A stretch of DNA of 64,000 bases from Octopus vulgaris (GCA_951406725.2 OX597835.1:9982001-10046000), one strand, 5' to 3'; shown: positions 28,060-43,262, counted from the stretch's first letter. Numbers and translations: made by a program. Notes: generated by a model not told the origin, from the sequence alone.

Positions 28060-28868
28060 TGGTAATGATGATGACGACGATGATGATGGTAGTGGTGGAG
28101 ATGGTGGTGGTGGTGGTGGTGGTGATGATGATGACGATGCGGAGGAGGAAGAGGAGGAGGAGGAGGATACAGGTGACGTGTAGTGCTGGTGGTGGTGGTC
28201 GCGGTGATGATAATGGCTTTCATGGTAGCCCCGATGTTGATTGATAATGTCGATAGAATATCATGCTGATAGTAATGAGGATGTAATTATTGTAATGATG
28301 ATGATGATGACGATGGGGTAGTGATGGTGGTGGTGGTGGTGATGGTAGTTGCAGTGGTGGTGATGCTGGTGGTGCTGCTGATGGTGAATTGTTGTTGTTA
28401 TTGATGTTATTAGTGGTGGTACTGGTGGTGGTTGTGGTGGTGGTGGTGGTGGTGGTAGTGATGCTGGTGCTGGTGCTGGTGGTGCTGGTGGTGCTGGCGG
28501 TGCTGGTGGTGGTGCTGGTGCTGGTGGTGGTGCTGGTGCTGGTGGTGCTGGTGGTGGTGGTGGTGGTGGTGGTGGTAGTAGTAATGGTGGTGACGGTTGT
28601 GTTGATGGTGCTGGTGGTAGTAGTGGTATTGATGCTGCTGCTAATGGTACTGGTGGTGGTGGTGGTAGTGGTGGTAGTGGTGGTGGTAGTGGTGGTGACG
28701 GTGGTGTTGGTGGTGCTGGTAGTGGTGGTGGTGGTGGTGGTGGTGGTGGTGGTGGTGGTGATGTTGATGCTGGTGGTGGTGGTGGTGGTGGTGGTGGTGG
28801 TGATGTTGATGCTGCTGCTGCTGCTGGTGTTGATGGTGGTGGTGGTGGTGATGTTGATGGTGGTGGGG
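28060..28868. repeat. Compound GGT/GAT/GCT trinucleotide low-complexity tract
   Basis: Direct inspection; gives poly-Pro, poly-Val and poly-His translations. Confidence 0.9.
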
Positions 28869-28989
28869 ATAGCAGGTTGTCGAGAATCATCATTAACGCT
28901 GTCGGTGAATTGACAGAAATCGTTGATGTTGAAGCATCTCTACTTTTTTTTTTCGGGCCAGAAGAGGATGGACAGAACGACAAACTCAA

Positions 28990-29025
28990 TCAAACTTCTT
29001 CGATGAGTTGAAATCTGCCCCGAAT
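28990..29025 (-). other. Candidate terminal coding exon segment of an unidentified host gene
   Basis: Strong acceptor (T)11-GTAG at 29026-29040 on minus; all frames stop soon after (IRGRFQLIEEV*, FGADFNSSKKFD*, ..WPEKKK*), followed by TE-free UTR-like sequence. Confidence 0.3.
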
Positions 29026-29476
29026 CTACAAAAAAAAAAAACAATTAATTAATTATAAAAAAAAAACAACAAACAACATTGAGATAATTGTTGGAGACAC
29101 GTAAAGGAAAGGGAGGGGATAATCTCAAAAACAAATTAAGAATTTTTTTTTTCTTTTTGGTTACTTTTAAATCTGTTTTCTATAATTAGCGTTGGGGGCG
29201 GTTGTCTGGTCGTTGCAAGTAAGTAAGGGGACAGTTGGGGAAATGTTTTTTTTTTTTATCTAAGTTGCTCTCACTAGCGAAAAAATGTATAAGAAAACGT
29301 ATTAGGAACGATTATGTCCAGCAGCCATTTGAATAATTGCAAAAAAAATGAGCCAAGGGAAGTAACTCAAGTAAACCAGCCGGTGTAGTAAATCACAAAC
29401 TCGAAAATTTCTCATTGAATTAAAATTCATTTCTGACCGTTGCCTGTCGTTGTTCCTTGCATCGCTAAAATAGAGT

Positions 29477-29867
29477 GTGGAGGCGCAATGGCCCAGTGGT
29501 TAGGGCAGCGGACTCGCGGTCGTAGGATCGCGGTTTCGATTCCCAGACCGGGCGTTGTGAGTGTTTATTGAGCGAAAGCACCTAAAAAAGCTCCACGAGG
29601 CTCCGGCAGGGGATGGTGGTGATCCCTGCTGTACTCCTTCAACACAACTTTCTCTCACTCTTACTTCCTGTTTCTGTTGTACCTGTATTTCAAAGGGGCC
29701 GGCCTTGTCCCTCTCTGTGTCACGCTGAATATCCCCGAGAACTACGTTAAGGGTACACGTGTCTGTGGAGTGCTCAGCCACTTACACGTTAATTTCACGA
29801 GCAGGCTGTTCCGTTGATCGGATCAACCGGAACCCTCGTCGTCGTAACCGACGGAGTGCTTCCATCC
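29477..29867 (+). mobile_element. SINE family B, full length
   Basis: A box tggcccagtgg, B-box-like gtttcgattcc; 10 bp TSD aaaatagagt at 29467 and 29868. Confidence 0.93.
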
Positions 29868-30479
29868 AAAATAGAGTCCTGCCAGATTCCGGTTATTAAA
29901 GAGCCGTTTACTATATTCAGCTGAATAAATTCGAGACGAGAATGGAATGACCATAGAAGATCTTCGATTAAGATAATTTGTCTTATACCAGCATGTCAGG
30001 AGGGCAGAGTAATACTTATGACCTCTTCCGGAGCTTCCAAGAATGCCTTGAAAGGGGCCATAGTGAGAGCGAACAAGAGAAGGAGGGGAAAAAGTTATTT
30101 TCTAACTGAAGACCTAGTTTCCAGCAGACAAGATTCCACTAAAAATACTCGGGTGGACGTGTGTAACGGGGTGTTCGATTTAGTCAACCAAGTGGCCCAC
30201 GGTGGGATTAAAATTTTGATTGTAAGGCGCCGGAGAAGAATGCAAGGCATTTCACCGACGATCAACACATTTCGTTAATCCACAACCCAAGCATGACAGT
30301 CGACCAGTATTTATCGATTCCGGTGGGGGTGGGGCTGAAAGCTAGTGTTGACTCCGGCTGTATTTGAACGCGCAATAATATAATAGAAACAGAATAACTA
30401 TGGCCGATGCCTTAATGACTCGGCCAATGTGCTGACTGTTGATAACACTTTAAAGTCATCAACGATACCGATGAGGTTG

Positions 30480-31339
30480 AAGATCATGATGATAATGCTG
30501 ATGGTGATGGTGGTCGCGGGTTGTAGGGGTGTTAGTGGTAGTGGATGTGATATTGTTGGTGGTAGGAGTGGTGGTGGTGACGGTGGTGGTGGTGGTGCTG
30601 ATGGTAGTAGTGGTATTGATGCTGGTGGTGGTGGTGGTAGGAGTGATGATGGTGAATTTGGTGGTTTGGTGGTGGTGGTGGTGGTGGTGGTGGTGGTGGT
30701 AGTGGTGGTGATAGTGGTAGGAGGGATGATGGTGAATTTGGTGGTGGTAGTGGTGGTGATAGTGGGGGGAGGGATGATGGTGAATTTGGTGGTGGCAGTG
30801 GTGGTGATGGTGGTGATGGTGGTGATGGTGCGGGGGTGAAAACAAAACTGCGGAGTAGTGGGATGAGGAATAGCAATAAGAATAAATAATGCATTAAATC
30901 CAGGATAGAATTTCTAACTAAAAAAGAGGTGGATGAGATTAAATCGCAAAGTGATGTCAACCGTGTCGCCTTCGTTCCAACAACAACAACGACAACACTA
31001 ACACCAACAGTGACAACAACAACAACAATAACAATGATAATAATAACAATAACTATAACAACAGCAACAACAACAATAATAATAATAATTAATAATAATA
31101 ACAATAACTAGAACAATAGCAACAACAACAACAACAACAACAATAATAATGATAATAATAATAATAAATGATAAAAATGATAATAATAATAATAATAAAT
31201 AACGATAATTTTAATAATCATAATAATAATAATGATAATAATAATAATAATAAATAATGATAATTTTAATAATATAATAATAATAATAATAATAATAATA
31301 GTAATAATAATAATAATAATAGTAATAATAATAATAATA

Positions 31340-31379
<40 letters not shown>

Positions 31380-31441
31380 TGATGATGATGATAATAATAA
31401 TAATAATAATAATAATGATGATGATGATGATGATGATGATG

Positions 31442-31472
<31 letters not shown>

Positions 31473-31490
31473 TAATAATGACAACATCAT
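30480..31490. repeat. (GGT)n, (CAA)n and (TAA/TGA)n trinucleotide tracts
   Basis: Direct inspection. Confidence 0.9.
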
Positions 31491-31874
31491 TAATGTCAGT
31501 TAGGGTGAACTAAGAGCGAGTGAAAGGAAATCGATATTTTTAAAAGTAGAACGGTCAGATTAGATTCTGTTGAAGAAAATGGAAATATTTCGGATATAAA
31601 TTTGCCAACATTTGACCTTTATTCCAGTCTCTCGCCATGACGACACACAGACATTTGATTTGTTTAATGTACTATTGCATTATAATCGAACAGAATCGAT
31701 AGAAAACAGAGAGATCGCTCTTTAAAAAAATTGACCCACAGTAACTAGAACAACACTATAAAGATGGGTGCCGGGTTAAAATGTTACAATGCTCGCCTTG
31801 CAACTAACTCTCTCTGGGTTCGATCCTACAGCGTGACAACCTAGGCGTACTCTGCTGTGACATTGGGTTCAGCA

Positions 31875-32187
<313 letters not shown>

Positions 32188-32599
32188 TGCTTTTTATGGT
32201 CTGTTATAGTAAATACAATTTTACATTAATCTGTTGGGTTACTCAATACCTTTGTAGAATACAAATTTATTATTCTTTTACAAGACTGTTGTTGACAGTG
32301 ACGTCGAAGTGTCCACTAGTTAAGCCACCGTCAGACCGCGGTGGATTAGAGTTAGCAGTGACTTTAGATGGACTCTGTTGATTTAAATTCATCTATATGT
32401 GTGAATGTATGTGTGTATGTGTATGTGCATGTGTGTGTATGTGTATATGTGTGTGCGTGTGTATGTGTGTTGTAGACAGATATGGGCACTGTCTTTCCTT
32501 ATAATCTAACCACAGATGGAGATAGCTAGGTATTATATGAGGTGCTTAGCGATGAGATTAGATACGTAAAATACACTGGGATTACACGGCATAAGAATA

Positions 32600-33245
32600 G
32601 GAATAGGAAAAGGAATATTTACAGCACAGCCCAGTATTTTACCAAGCAGTAAAAACTAATATAGCTAGAGAATTTCTTAATTTAATAGATCTCCATTTTC
32701 CTCCTGGACATAAGTACAGAAAATATTGAATAGAATCTGTGTTAACGTTAGCTATTCGGGTGTTCTATCAGAGATTATAATGCCGTAAAGTTGAATATAA
32801 GAGAAATGCAAACAGCTAGCCAACAAAGATCATGTACCTGTAGAATTCGTGAGAACTACCCACAAGATGGTAACTTCTTGGCAAAATTGATAGTATACAG
32901 TGAAAAAGTTGAATCAAACAGCAATGATCAGCTTAAAATATATTTTGGAGAAACAGAAATCACATTCAAAAGCCGTTATTACAAGCATAAACATTCGTTT
33001 GTTTGCCCCGACAGAAAATGTGCTACGGCTTTGTCGAAGTTTACATGGTTCTTGCATGTAAACTCCTCCCGTAATCGAAATTACCTGGTCTACTCTAGAT
33101 ACAGCGCAACTATCCAGCGAACAATTGAGCGAACAACTAAGAATTTTGACTAAAGACATGAATGTTTGAACAAAAGAAATGAACTTATTGGTTCATTTCT
33201 TATATGCACACGGCTAAGTATCTCTTATGCAAATGCAAGCCTCCT
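32600..33245 (+). mobile_element. Penelope-like element C-terminus (GIY-YIG endonuclease region), pseudogenised
   Basis: KTNIAREFLNLIDLHFPPGHKYRK, CTCR..YPQDGNFL..IVY, IYFGETEITFKSRYYKHKHSF and TALSKFTW match PLE linker and GIY-YIG motifs. Confidence 0.85.
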
Positions 33246-33280
33246 TGAATTTTATTCTCGATCATCTTGTTTGTTGTTAA

Positions 33281-33322
33281 CGCAACGTTTCGGCTGATAT
33301 ACCCTCCAGCCTTCATCAGGTG
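33281..33322 (-). ncRNA. Minimal type I hammerhead ribozyme motif
   Basis: Minus: cac CTGATGA aggctg gagggtatat cagcc GAAAC GTT gcg; canonical core, 5 bp stem II, one stem I mismatch. Confidence 0.7.
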
Positions 33323-33404
33323 TCTTGGGGAAATTTCGAACCTGGGTTCTCATTCCTAAAGTATTTTTATATCTTGTTGTTATTATTATTAATGTGTGTG
33401 TGTG

Positions 33405-33459
<55 letters not shown>

Positions 33460-33574
33460 ATATATATATATATAAGTTCGGTAAAATTTAGATTCAGTTG
33501 AATATGGTACTTAAGTTAAAGGCACCAGAATTTAGTATGGTATTATCCATATAATTCAAAATGGGGTGATTATA

Positions 33575-33722
33575 ATCAAAATAAGCAACAAGGATATCTA
33601 GAGGTAATGCAGTACGATCGTTTCATGCGACTCCATTTAATTCAACAGCGCACTGTTCAATTAAATGGAGTCGCATGAAACGATCGTACTGCATTACCTC
33701 TGGATATCCTTGTTGCTTATTT

Positions 33723-33726
<4 letters not shown>
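33575..33726. repeat. Near-perfect palindrome (~70 bp arms)
   Basis: atcaaaataagcaacaaggatatc...tacgatcgtttcatgcgactcc / ggagtcgcatgaaacgatcgta...gatatccttgttgcttattttgat. Confidence 0.95.
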
Positions 33727-33774
<48 letters not shown>

Positions 33775-34225
33775 AGAGAAGTCTATTTCCACTAGGAAAA
33801 GGTATATAAGAGAATTTGCATTGAGATTTGATTTAAAATGCACCTCAATCTCAAAACTTGTCATTGTTTTTAAATTTTGCAATAAATTTATTCAAATACC
33901 AAACAAATTTAAAGTTGCATTGACTTTAAACTCTCCTAAAACCTTTATTTATATATTTGTACCATTGATAAGCAAAACAATTGTCGACAATTGATATTTA
34001 CATAAATCTGTAACAAACTATAAAAAACTACTCTTTTGGAGATTCCAGTGCATTTTGAAACTCCAAAACAAATTCTCTTACATATATATAAGTATGTGTG
34101 TGTGTGTATATGTGCGTGTGTGTTTGTGTATGTGTACATATATGTATGTATATATATATATATATGTACAAATATCACTGCATAAACACACACACAAACA
34201 TATGTGTGTAAATGTGTAAATATAT

Positions 34226-34302
<77 letters not shown>

Positions 34303-34332
34303 TGTACATATAAATGTATGTATGTATATGGA

Positions 34333-35373
34333 AAAAAGGCAAGGTAGAAAATGCTAAAAGAATTTTATAAAAACCATTTCTGTACTGGTTTCAGTCAATG
34401 AGATTTTTTCAACTGTAAGTATGGAAAACAATTAAATTTTGGAAACATTAAAAGAAAAGTTTTTTCAAAAAAATATTTGCATAGTTTCAAATACCAGGGG
34501 CATTTTCCTCGTTTCTGCCTGTTTCTGTCTCTCTTGTTTACTCTTGTGGGTTCGAGGTCGTTGTGAATTCTTGGCAGTAAAGAAAAAGAAGAAGAAGAAG
34601 GAGAAGGAGAAGAAGAAGAAGAAGAAGAAGAAGAAGAAGAAGAAGAAGAAAAGAAGAAGGAGGAGAAGAAGGAGAACAAGAACAAGAACAAGAACAAGAA
34701 GAAGAAAAGAAGGAGGATGAGGAGAAAAGGAAGAAGAAAAAGAAGGAGAAGGAGAAGGAGAAGGAGAAGAAAAGAAGGAGGAGAAGAAGGAGAAGAAGAA
34801 GAAGAAGAAGAAGAAGAAGAAGAAAAGAAGGAGGAGGAGGAGAAAAGGAAGAAGGAGAAGAAGAAGAAGGAGAAGAAGAAGAAGAAGAAGAAGAAGAAGA
34901 AGAAGAAGAAAAGAAGGAGGAGGAGGAGAAAAAAGAAGAATGCGGGAATGCCATGATAGTAGTAGGTGTTAAATGGTCAAGTACCCTGAAAGTGACTTGT
35001 TGTGGATGATAGTATTGATTGAAATTCTTGAGACATTTCTTCTAAATGTATTGTTTATAAAATTTGCGTAGGTGTTATTTTAAACACCAATAGTGGGAAA
35101 GTTAGGAAGGAGGTGGCGGAGAGGAAGAAGACGAAGAAGAAGAAGGAGGAAGAGAAGGGAGAATGAAAAGGGAATGCAGCTGGTATGATAGTAGTAGGAT
35201 GTTAAATGTATTTGAACGCTATGCAAATATTCTTTTTAAAAAAACGTTTCTTTTTATTTTTCCAAAATTTAATTGTTTGCCATACTTACAGTTGAAAAGT
35301 CTCAGTGACTGAAACTAGTACAGAAATGTTTTTTTTATAAAATTATTTTTGCAATTTCTACCTTGACTTTTTC
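34333..35373. repeat. Diverged ~165 bp inverted repeats flanking a (GAA)n-rich spacer
   Basis: 34333-34494 is the reverse complement of ~35207-35373; TA tracts lie nearby on both sides. Confidence 0.8.
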
Positions 35374-35409
35374 TCCATAAAGGAACTGGTGTGTTCCTTT
35401 TCAACCTTC

Positions 35410-35457
<48 letters not shown>

Positions 35458-35461
<4 letters not shown>

Positions 35462-35607
35462 TATATGAAAGAATGGAGTTGAACGACTAGTTAACAAATA
35501 TCCTTTATTCTCGACATATGTTTCGAGATATGCAGCCTTCGAAACATATATCGAGAATAAAGGATATTTGTTAACTAGTCGTTCAACTCCATTCTTTCAT
35601 GTACTTA
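35458..35607. repeat. Near-perfect palindrome (~68 bp arms)
   Basis: atgaaagaatggagttgaacgactagttaac...tttcga / tcgaaa...gttaactagtcgttcaactccattctttcat. Confidence 0.95.
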
Positions 35608-35793
35608 TAATTTTAAAATAAACATACAAATTTCCGCACGAAGACACGTAGTCTATGCCCTAGGGACGTAGCTTCAACCGTGTTCTTTCTGATGTGAATT
35701 TGCTACCCAGGTATCGGTTATCTTTCGAATTATCCTTAATAAGATAATTCATTCAATTACTCAAATATGTATATATATATATATATATACATG

Positions 35794-35861
<68 letters not shown>

Positions 35862-36584
35862 TACATGGATACAGTACAAAACCCTCAGTTGTATATATTT
35901 GTTTGTGCGTGTGCATATGTGCCTGTATCTGTCTTTGGTATTCTATTTATACTGTTATACCGATCTAAAAATGCAAATATGTTGTATCCGTTTGTGTCCT
36001 GTAACATAGCTGTTCGTTGATTAAAGATCGATAAAGAGGCGCCATACTTTAACGTGTTGTCAATATGATCGATTAAACCATTGAAGGTGCTGCCCCTGCA
36101 TGGCCGCATTCCAAAGAGTAAAACTAGTTATAGAACAAAATTCTGTCAACCGCATTACCAGATTGTTGCTATTGTTATGGTTGATGTGGTCGCTGCTGCT
36201 GTCTTTTTCTTCTTCTTCTTCTTCTTCTTCTTCTTCTTCTTCTTCTTCTTCTTCTTCTTCTTCTTCTTCTTCTTCTTCTTCTTCTTCTTCTTCTTCTTCC
36301 AATCAGGACTCACGCCATAAGCAACAAACAATAATCTCTAATTCGATCCTACTCTAAGCTACCAAGAATGCGTGTGGCAACTTGAAGATCCACCCGCCAC
36401 ACGCAATAGACTGGCGGTTGCACGGGTGCGAAAGCTACGTTGTTATCCTCATTCCGTAAACGGTGGCTTTTTAACGGGTGGAGAGCTGAACCATCCTGGG
36501 ATACAAAGGATTCTCAACCTAGACTAAGGTCTGAAAGTTTACCACACCATAGTGGGTTACACCACGGTTCCTCTGCTTTGTGTC

Positions 36585-36778
36585 AGAAGTAGGAAGAAAG
36601 AGTGAGAGACAGTTGTGGTGAAAGAGTACAGCGGGGTTCACCACCACCCCACCACCGGAGTCTTGTGGAGCATTTTTTTTGCTCAATAAACACTCACAAT
36701 GCCCGGTCTGGGAATCGAAACCACGTTCTTACGACCGCGAGTCCGCTGCTCTAACCACTGGGCCATTGCGCCTCCACT
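36585..36778 (-). mobile_element. SINE family B 5' half
   Basis: Head and body match family B up to ~36585. Confidence 0.85.
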
Positions 36779-37423
36779 GCTGCTGCTGTTGCTGCTGCTG
36801 TTGCTGCTGCTGTTGTTGTTGTTGTTGTTGCTGTTGTTGTTGTTGTTGTTGTTATTGTTGCTGTTGTTGTTGTTGAAAGCAAAATGTTATAGATTTATAC
36901 AAGATAAATATCAGCCAAGTTACGGGGGTTCAACGTAAGATCGATACGTCTTCGAGTGTCCCTTCCTTCAAGGATTAAACCCCAGAGAGTTTTTCCCCTG
37001 TATAACCTGAATTCTGAGAGGAAATTTCGCGATAACTGTAAAAATAAATAATACGGCGATGTATTCATATCGGCAATCTGTGTTGTCGTTTTTTTTTTTT
37101 TTTTTGGTCTCTGCTATCAGCGTTCTTCTCATTAAGAATTATGAGCAATATCATTTTTATTAATGCAATTTTACTTTAGAAATTATCAATAAAATTGTAC
37201 AATTGTATGCGAAACATCCATCAAGCTTGATGAGTCTCGGGTCAATGACACATCGAGAATATCGCTAATGGAGAATCTCATGCTGTAGGAGGAGAGGCCA
37301 TGAATACACAAACGTTAAATAATTCCTTCTAGCAACAACCATGAGAGGATGATGATGATGAGGATGATGATGATGATGATACTACTCTACTACTACTAGC
37401 ACTACTACTACTACTACTACTAC

Positions 37424-37424
<1 letters not shown>

Positions 37425-37477
<53 letters not shown>

Positions 37478-37554
37478 TGATAATGATAATAATGATGATA
37501 ATAATAATAATAATAATAGTAATAATAGTAATAATAATAATAATGATAATAATG

Positions 37555-37591
<37 letters not shown>

Positions 37592-37602
37592 TGATGATGA
37601 TG

Positions 37603-37645
<43 letters not shown>

Positions 37646-37680
37646 TGATAATAATGATAATAATAATAATAATAATAATG

Positions 37681-37714
<34 letters not shown>

Positions 37715-37736
37715 TAATAATAATAATAATATTAAT

Positions 37737-37788
<52 letters not shown>

Positions 37789-37803
37789 TTAATATTAATA
37801 ATG

Positions 37804-37840
<37 letters not shown>

Positions 37841-37845
37841 TGATG

Positions 37846-37888
<43 letters not shown>

Positions 37889-37926
37889 TGATGATAATAA
37901 TGATAATAATAATAATAATAATAATG

Positions 37927-37966
<40 letters not shown>

Positions 37967-37988
37967 TAATAATAATAATAATATTAAT

Positions 37989-38022
<34 letters not shown>

Positions 38023-38027
38023 TTAAT

Positions 38028-38083
<56 letters not shown>

Positions 38084-38133
38084 TAATAATAATAATAATA
38101 ATAATGATAATAATAATAATAATAATAATGATA
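37425..38133. repeat. ~700 bp (TAA)n microsatellite with TGA/TTA interruptions
   Basis: Direct inspection. Confidence 0.97.
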
Positions 38134-39675
<1,542 letters not shown>

Positions 39676-40821
39676 TAATAATAATAATAATAATAATTAC
39701 TGTAATAGTGCTCATATATATATGAATATATGCCTGTAGACTCTTATGGAAATTAAGAGACAACAGAAATTAATTAATTAAACGGGATTAGAATGGTCGA
39801 GTCTAAGTAGAGCAAAACTGTATGAAATGTGACGAATGAGATGCGAATTTTGCCTCGATGAGTCACTCCAAGTACTTATGTCAGAGAGTAACCTAATTAG
39901 AGATACCTAATTAGCGACACCTAATTAGAGATACGTTGTATTTCTATAAGCAAGTTCCCTAGAGAACTTTAATTCTATACTGAGTGACAATGGTCAAGAT
40001 GGGTGTGATGCCTAAAGGATAATTGAGAGTTATCTAAAATTTTTTAATTTTTTTATGATTGTACTTTATCTTTTAAAATTCCATTTGATTTTTTTTTTTT
40101 TTCATTTTTAAACTAATATTTTTTCGCTCTGTCTCCCATCCTCTTCAGCTATGTATATCTTTCTCCACTTTCTCATCATAATGCTGTCACCACCGATTCT
40201 TTCATTCCACCACCCCCCCTTCGTTTTGTCTAATAAACTTCACTCCCAGTGCGTGGCTAAAGCAATAACGCAAATGAAGATTTAAGCTGACAACGGGACT
40301 AATCGCCAATATCAAATTCCACAACAATACCTTGACACTATTTTATCCGAAGACAATACAAATGTTTTCACTACCGTTATCTCTTTCATTTCTATCACGT
40401 ATCCCTTCCAGCCTTTATTCTACAATCTGGCACCTCCCCTCCTCTATTCCCTCTCTTCGTTTTCCTCTTTCTTTTCCTTTTTTCTTTTTCCTTCAGTTCT
40501 CCCTTCCGCCCCATCACATTCCTTCCCCCCTTTTCTCTTTACCTCTCTTCCACTTACCTTATAATACTTACCTCTTCCCACTCCCCTTCCTATGCTTGCA
40601 TCGTTCATTTATCATTGTTCTGCCTGGCTCTCACCAGAATAACAAGATTCTGATGTGAATAGTCCTTTAAGTTCGTTAAATTTTTACACAAACAATCATT
40701 GGTCCGACCGAGTAAAGCAATCAATGGACGAAACTATGCTGACTACAAGAAACAGCTGTAAATTAAATTTACTACAACAAAGGAATGTGTAATGACAATC
40801 ATTGATACCGTGTCTTAAATG

Positions 40822-40914
<93 letters not shown>

Positions 40915-40976
40915 ACGAAGGCGGCTAGATGTAATATAAAACCAAAAAGGGACATTTCAATTGCCACAAATAGAGT

Positions 40977-41015
<39 letters not shown>

Positions 41016-41320
41016 TTTGTGTGTCTGTGTGTGTGTATGTATGCATGTATATGCATATTTATATACATAAATAAACAAACATACACATAAATACATACAT
41101 AGATATACATGTAGGCATTTGTGTGTATGTGTAATCAAAGCATTATAATGTAGAATGGATAGTTGTAGATCTTCAAAATTTGTATATTAAAGTATTCTTT
41201 CATATTATATTCCGACATGTAGCCCCTATGTACATTTAGTTAATTAGTATTAAACCATTTGCAATGCACATTCATCTAAATGTTGACAATCCTATGCAGC
41301 TTTGTTAAAGGTGGTTGAAG

Positions 41321-41399
<79 letters not shown>

Positions 41400-41579
41400 A
41401 GAAATTAAAGAAGGAAAAGGCACACACTTTACATAGTTTTAATATAATTTTTAATATGTCGACCGGTTTCGCTTTCGCTATTCATGACATTAAGATTTAA
41501 TTATTTAAATATGTATTTTCTTAAGAAATTTTTTGGTCCATGTTGTGTGTGATATTTTTGAGTGAATGCTACAACCAGT

Positions 41580-42380
41580 AGAAAAACTAAGAGAAGGTAA
41601 TTGGTTATCGTTATTATTGTTATTATTTCCACATAAAGGTAGGAATAAAACACTGGATGACTTCTGCGACCATATCCAAAATTTCCCCATATACTGTCCA
41701 TAAACAAAAAATTAAATCGAACCTCAACAGTCGAGAATGGAAAAATCTAATTGAACTACGAAACGACAAAGACCTGACAATTAAAGGAGCAGACAAAAGA
41801 AGTGTTGTATTCCTGATGGACACAGAATACTATAAAAAGCCTAGTATTATCCATACTAGAAAACGATACCTTCAACGAAAAAGTTATAAACTATAAACAA
41901 CAAAATATACAATGAAAAACCTTGCAACCTTCATATTTCTACATGGAAAAGGCCTGACAGAGAAACAGACTACATCACGAAATTCAAATGTAAACAAAGT
42001 CTTTTTTACGGCCAACCTAAAATACACAAGAGCAAGCTAATTAATGAAGCCTGCAAACAATCACCAGGCAAATACATAAATACTCAAACGCCAGAAGACT
42101 TAACTTTAAGACCCATTATAGCTGGCCCATCCTGTGAAACCCGCCACCTAAGCAATTATCTAGACATCCTACTGTATCCTTGCTGAAATACATCAAAAGT
42201 TTCATTAGAGACGATTTAGGCAGGCTAGAGCACGTGCCAAAACCATTATTGAGGAGGCATTATTGGTTTCCTTCGATGTTATCAATCTCTACACCAACAT
42301 CCCACATGACTATCGAATAAAAGCAATCAAATTCTGGTTGGAAAAGTTACCCGAAGTATTCCACGAAAGCATAAATTAGA
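41580..42380 (+). mobile_element. Penelope-like element RT N-terminal half, frameshifted
   Basis: SNLNSREWKNLIELRNDKDLTIKGADK; FYGQPKIHK; LRPIIAGPSCET; LVSFDVINLYTNIPHD. Confidence 0.92.
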
Positions 42381-42515
42381 TATAGATATTAGGTTCGCAT
42401 GTATTCTCTTCCGATAGCTGCGTACTGGTCAGAGCGAGCTGCAGAAACACGTCTGTTCGGTTTGGCTGCCTCGTCCTATGTTTATATATGTTTCCCTCAT
42501 TAAACTTCGTTTTCC

Positions 42516-42548
42516 TTTCTGACGAAGGGCGATGCTTGAAACATCAAA
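42516..42548 (+). ncRNA. Minimal hammerhead ribozyme motif downstream of PLE RT
   Basis: ttt CTGACGA agggc gat gctt GAAAC ATC aaa. Confidence 0.55.
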
Positions 42549-42660
42549 AACTCTCCTTTTACCACCTTTACAGTGGGTCAAACTAATACATTCCATGTTC
42601 ATGTCCTCTTGTTTTTTTGTTATTGTTATTTTTTATGTTTGAGCATTCTTTTTGACTCTG

Positions 42661-42711
<51 letters not shown>

Positions 42712-42719
42712 CCTGTATC

Positions 42720-42840
42720 CACACACAAGGCTTTGATCGGCCAGATGCTATAGTAGAAGACGCGCAAGGTTCCACGCAGTGGGACTGAACCTAGAACCAT
42801 GTCATTTGGAAGCAAACTCGTTATCACACAGCCACGCCTG
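42720..42840 (-). mobile_element. SINE family A 5' fragment, diverged
   Basis: Matches the family A head (cacgcagtgggactgaac...cacacagccac). Confidence 0.75.
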
Positions 42841-42952
42841 TGTGTTCGTTATGTACATGAGTATGTATATGCTTTTTTTCGAAATATATACACATTTTAG
42901 GATGTATGTGCGCGAGTGTGTGTGTGTATGTGTGTGTGTATGTGTGTGTGTA

Positions 42953-42989
<37 letters not shown>

Positions 42990-43262
42990 ATGTGCGGTTA
43001 TGGCTTGAGTGCATGCGTCCATTTCTCTTTTAGCGGATGACTATAATGTTATTAGATCGATAGTGAACGCTGCTGGGTGACGGGCATTTGAATAAAAGTG
43101 TTTTCTTAGAATTCATTTGATGATTGTTTTCACCGACATGAAACACATTTATGGAGTATTATTCATCTTCAACAACTACATTATAAGTATATGTATACAT
43201 ACATACAAAGATATATATATATATATATATATATGTACATATATATACATATATACATACAT

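Noticed and set aside
29479-29560. Functional tRNA gene
   Set aside because: A and B boxes are present, but the sequence continues into a SINE body with a TSD and multiple copies.
29989-30050. Minus-strand exon upstream of the 29025 acceptor
   Set aside because: A plausible acceptor and donor exist, but two frames contain stops and the third creates TGA on splicing to 29025.
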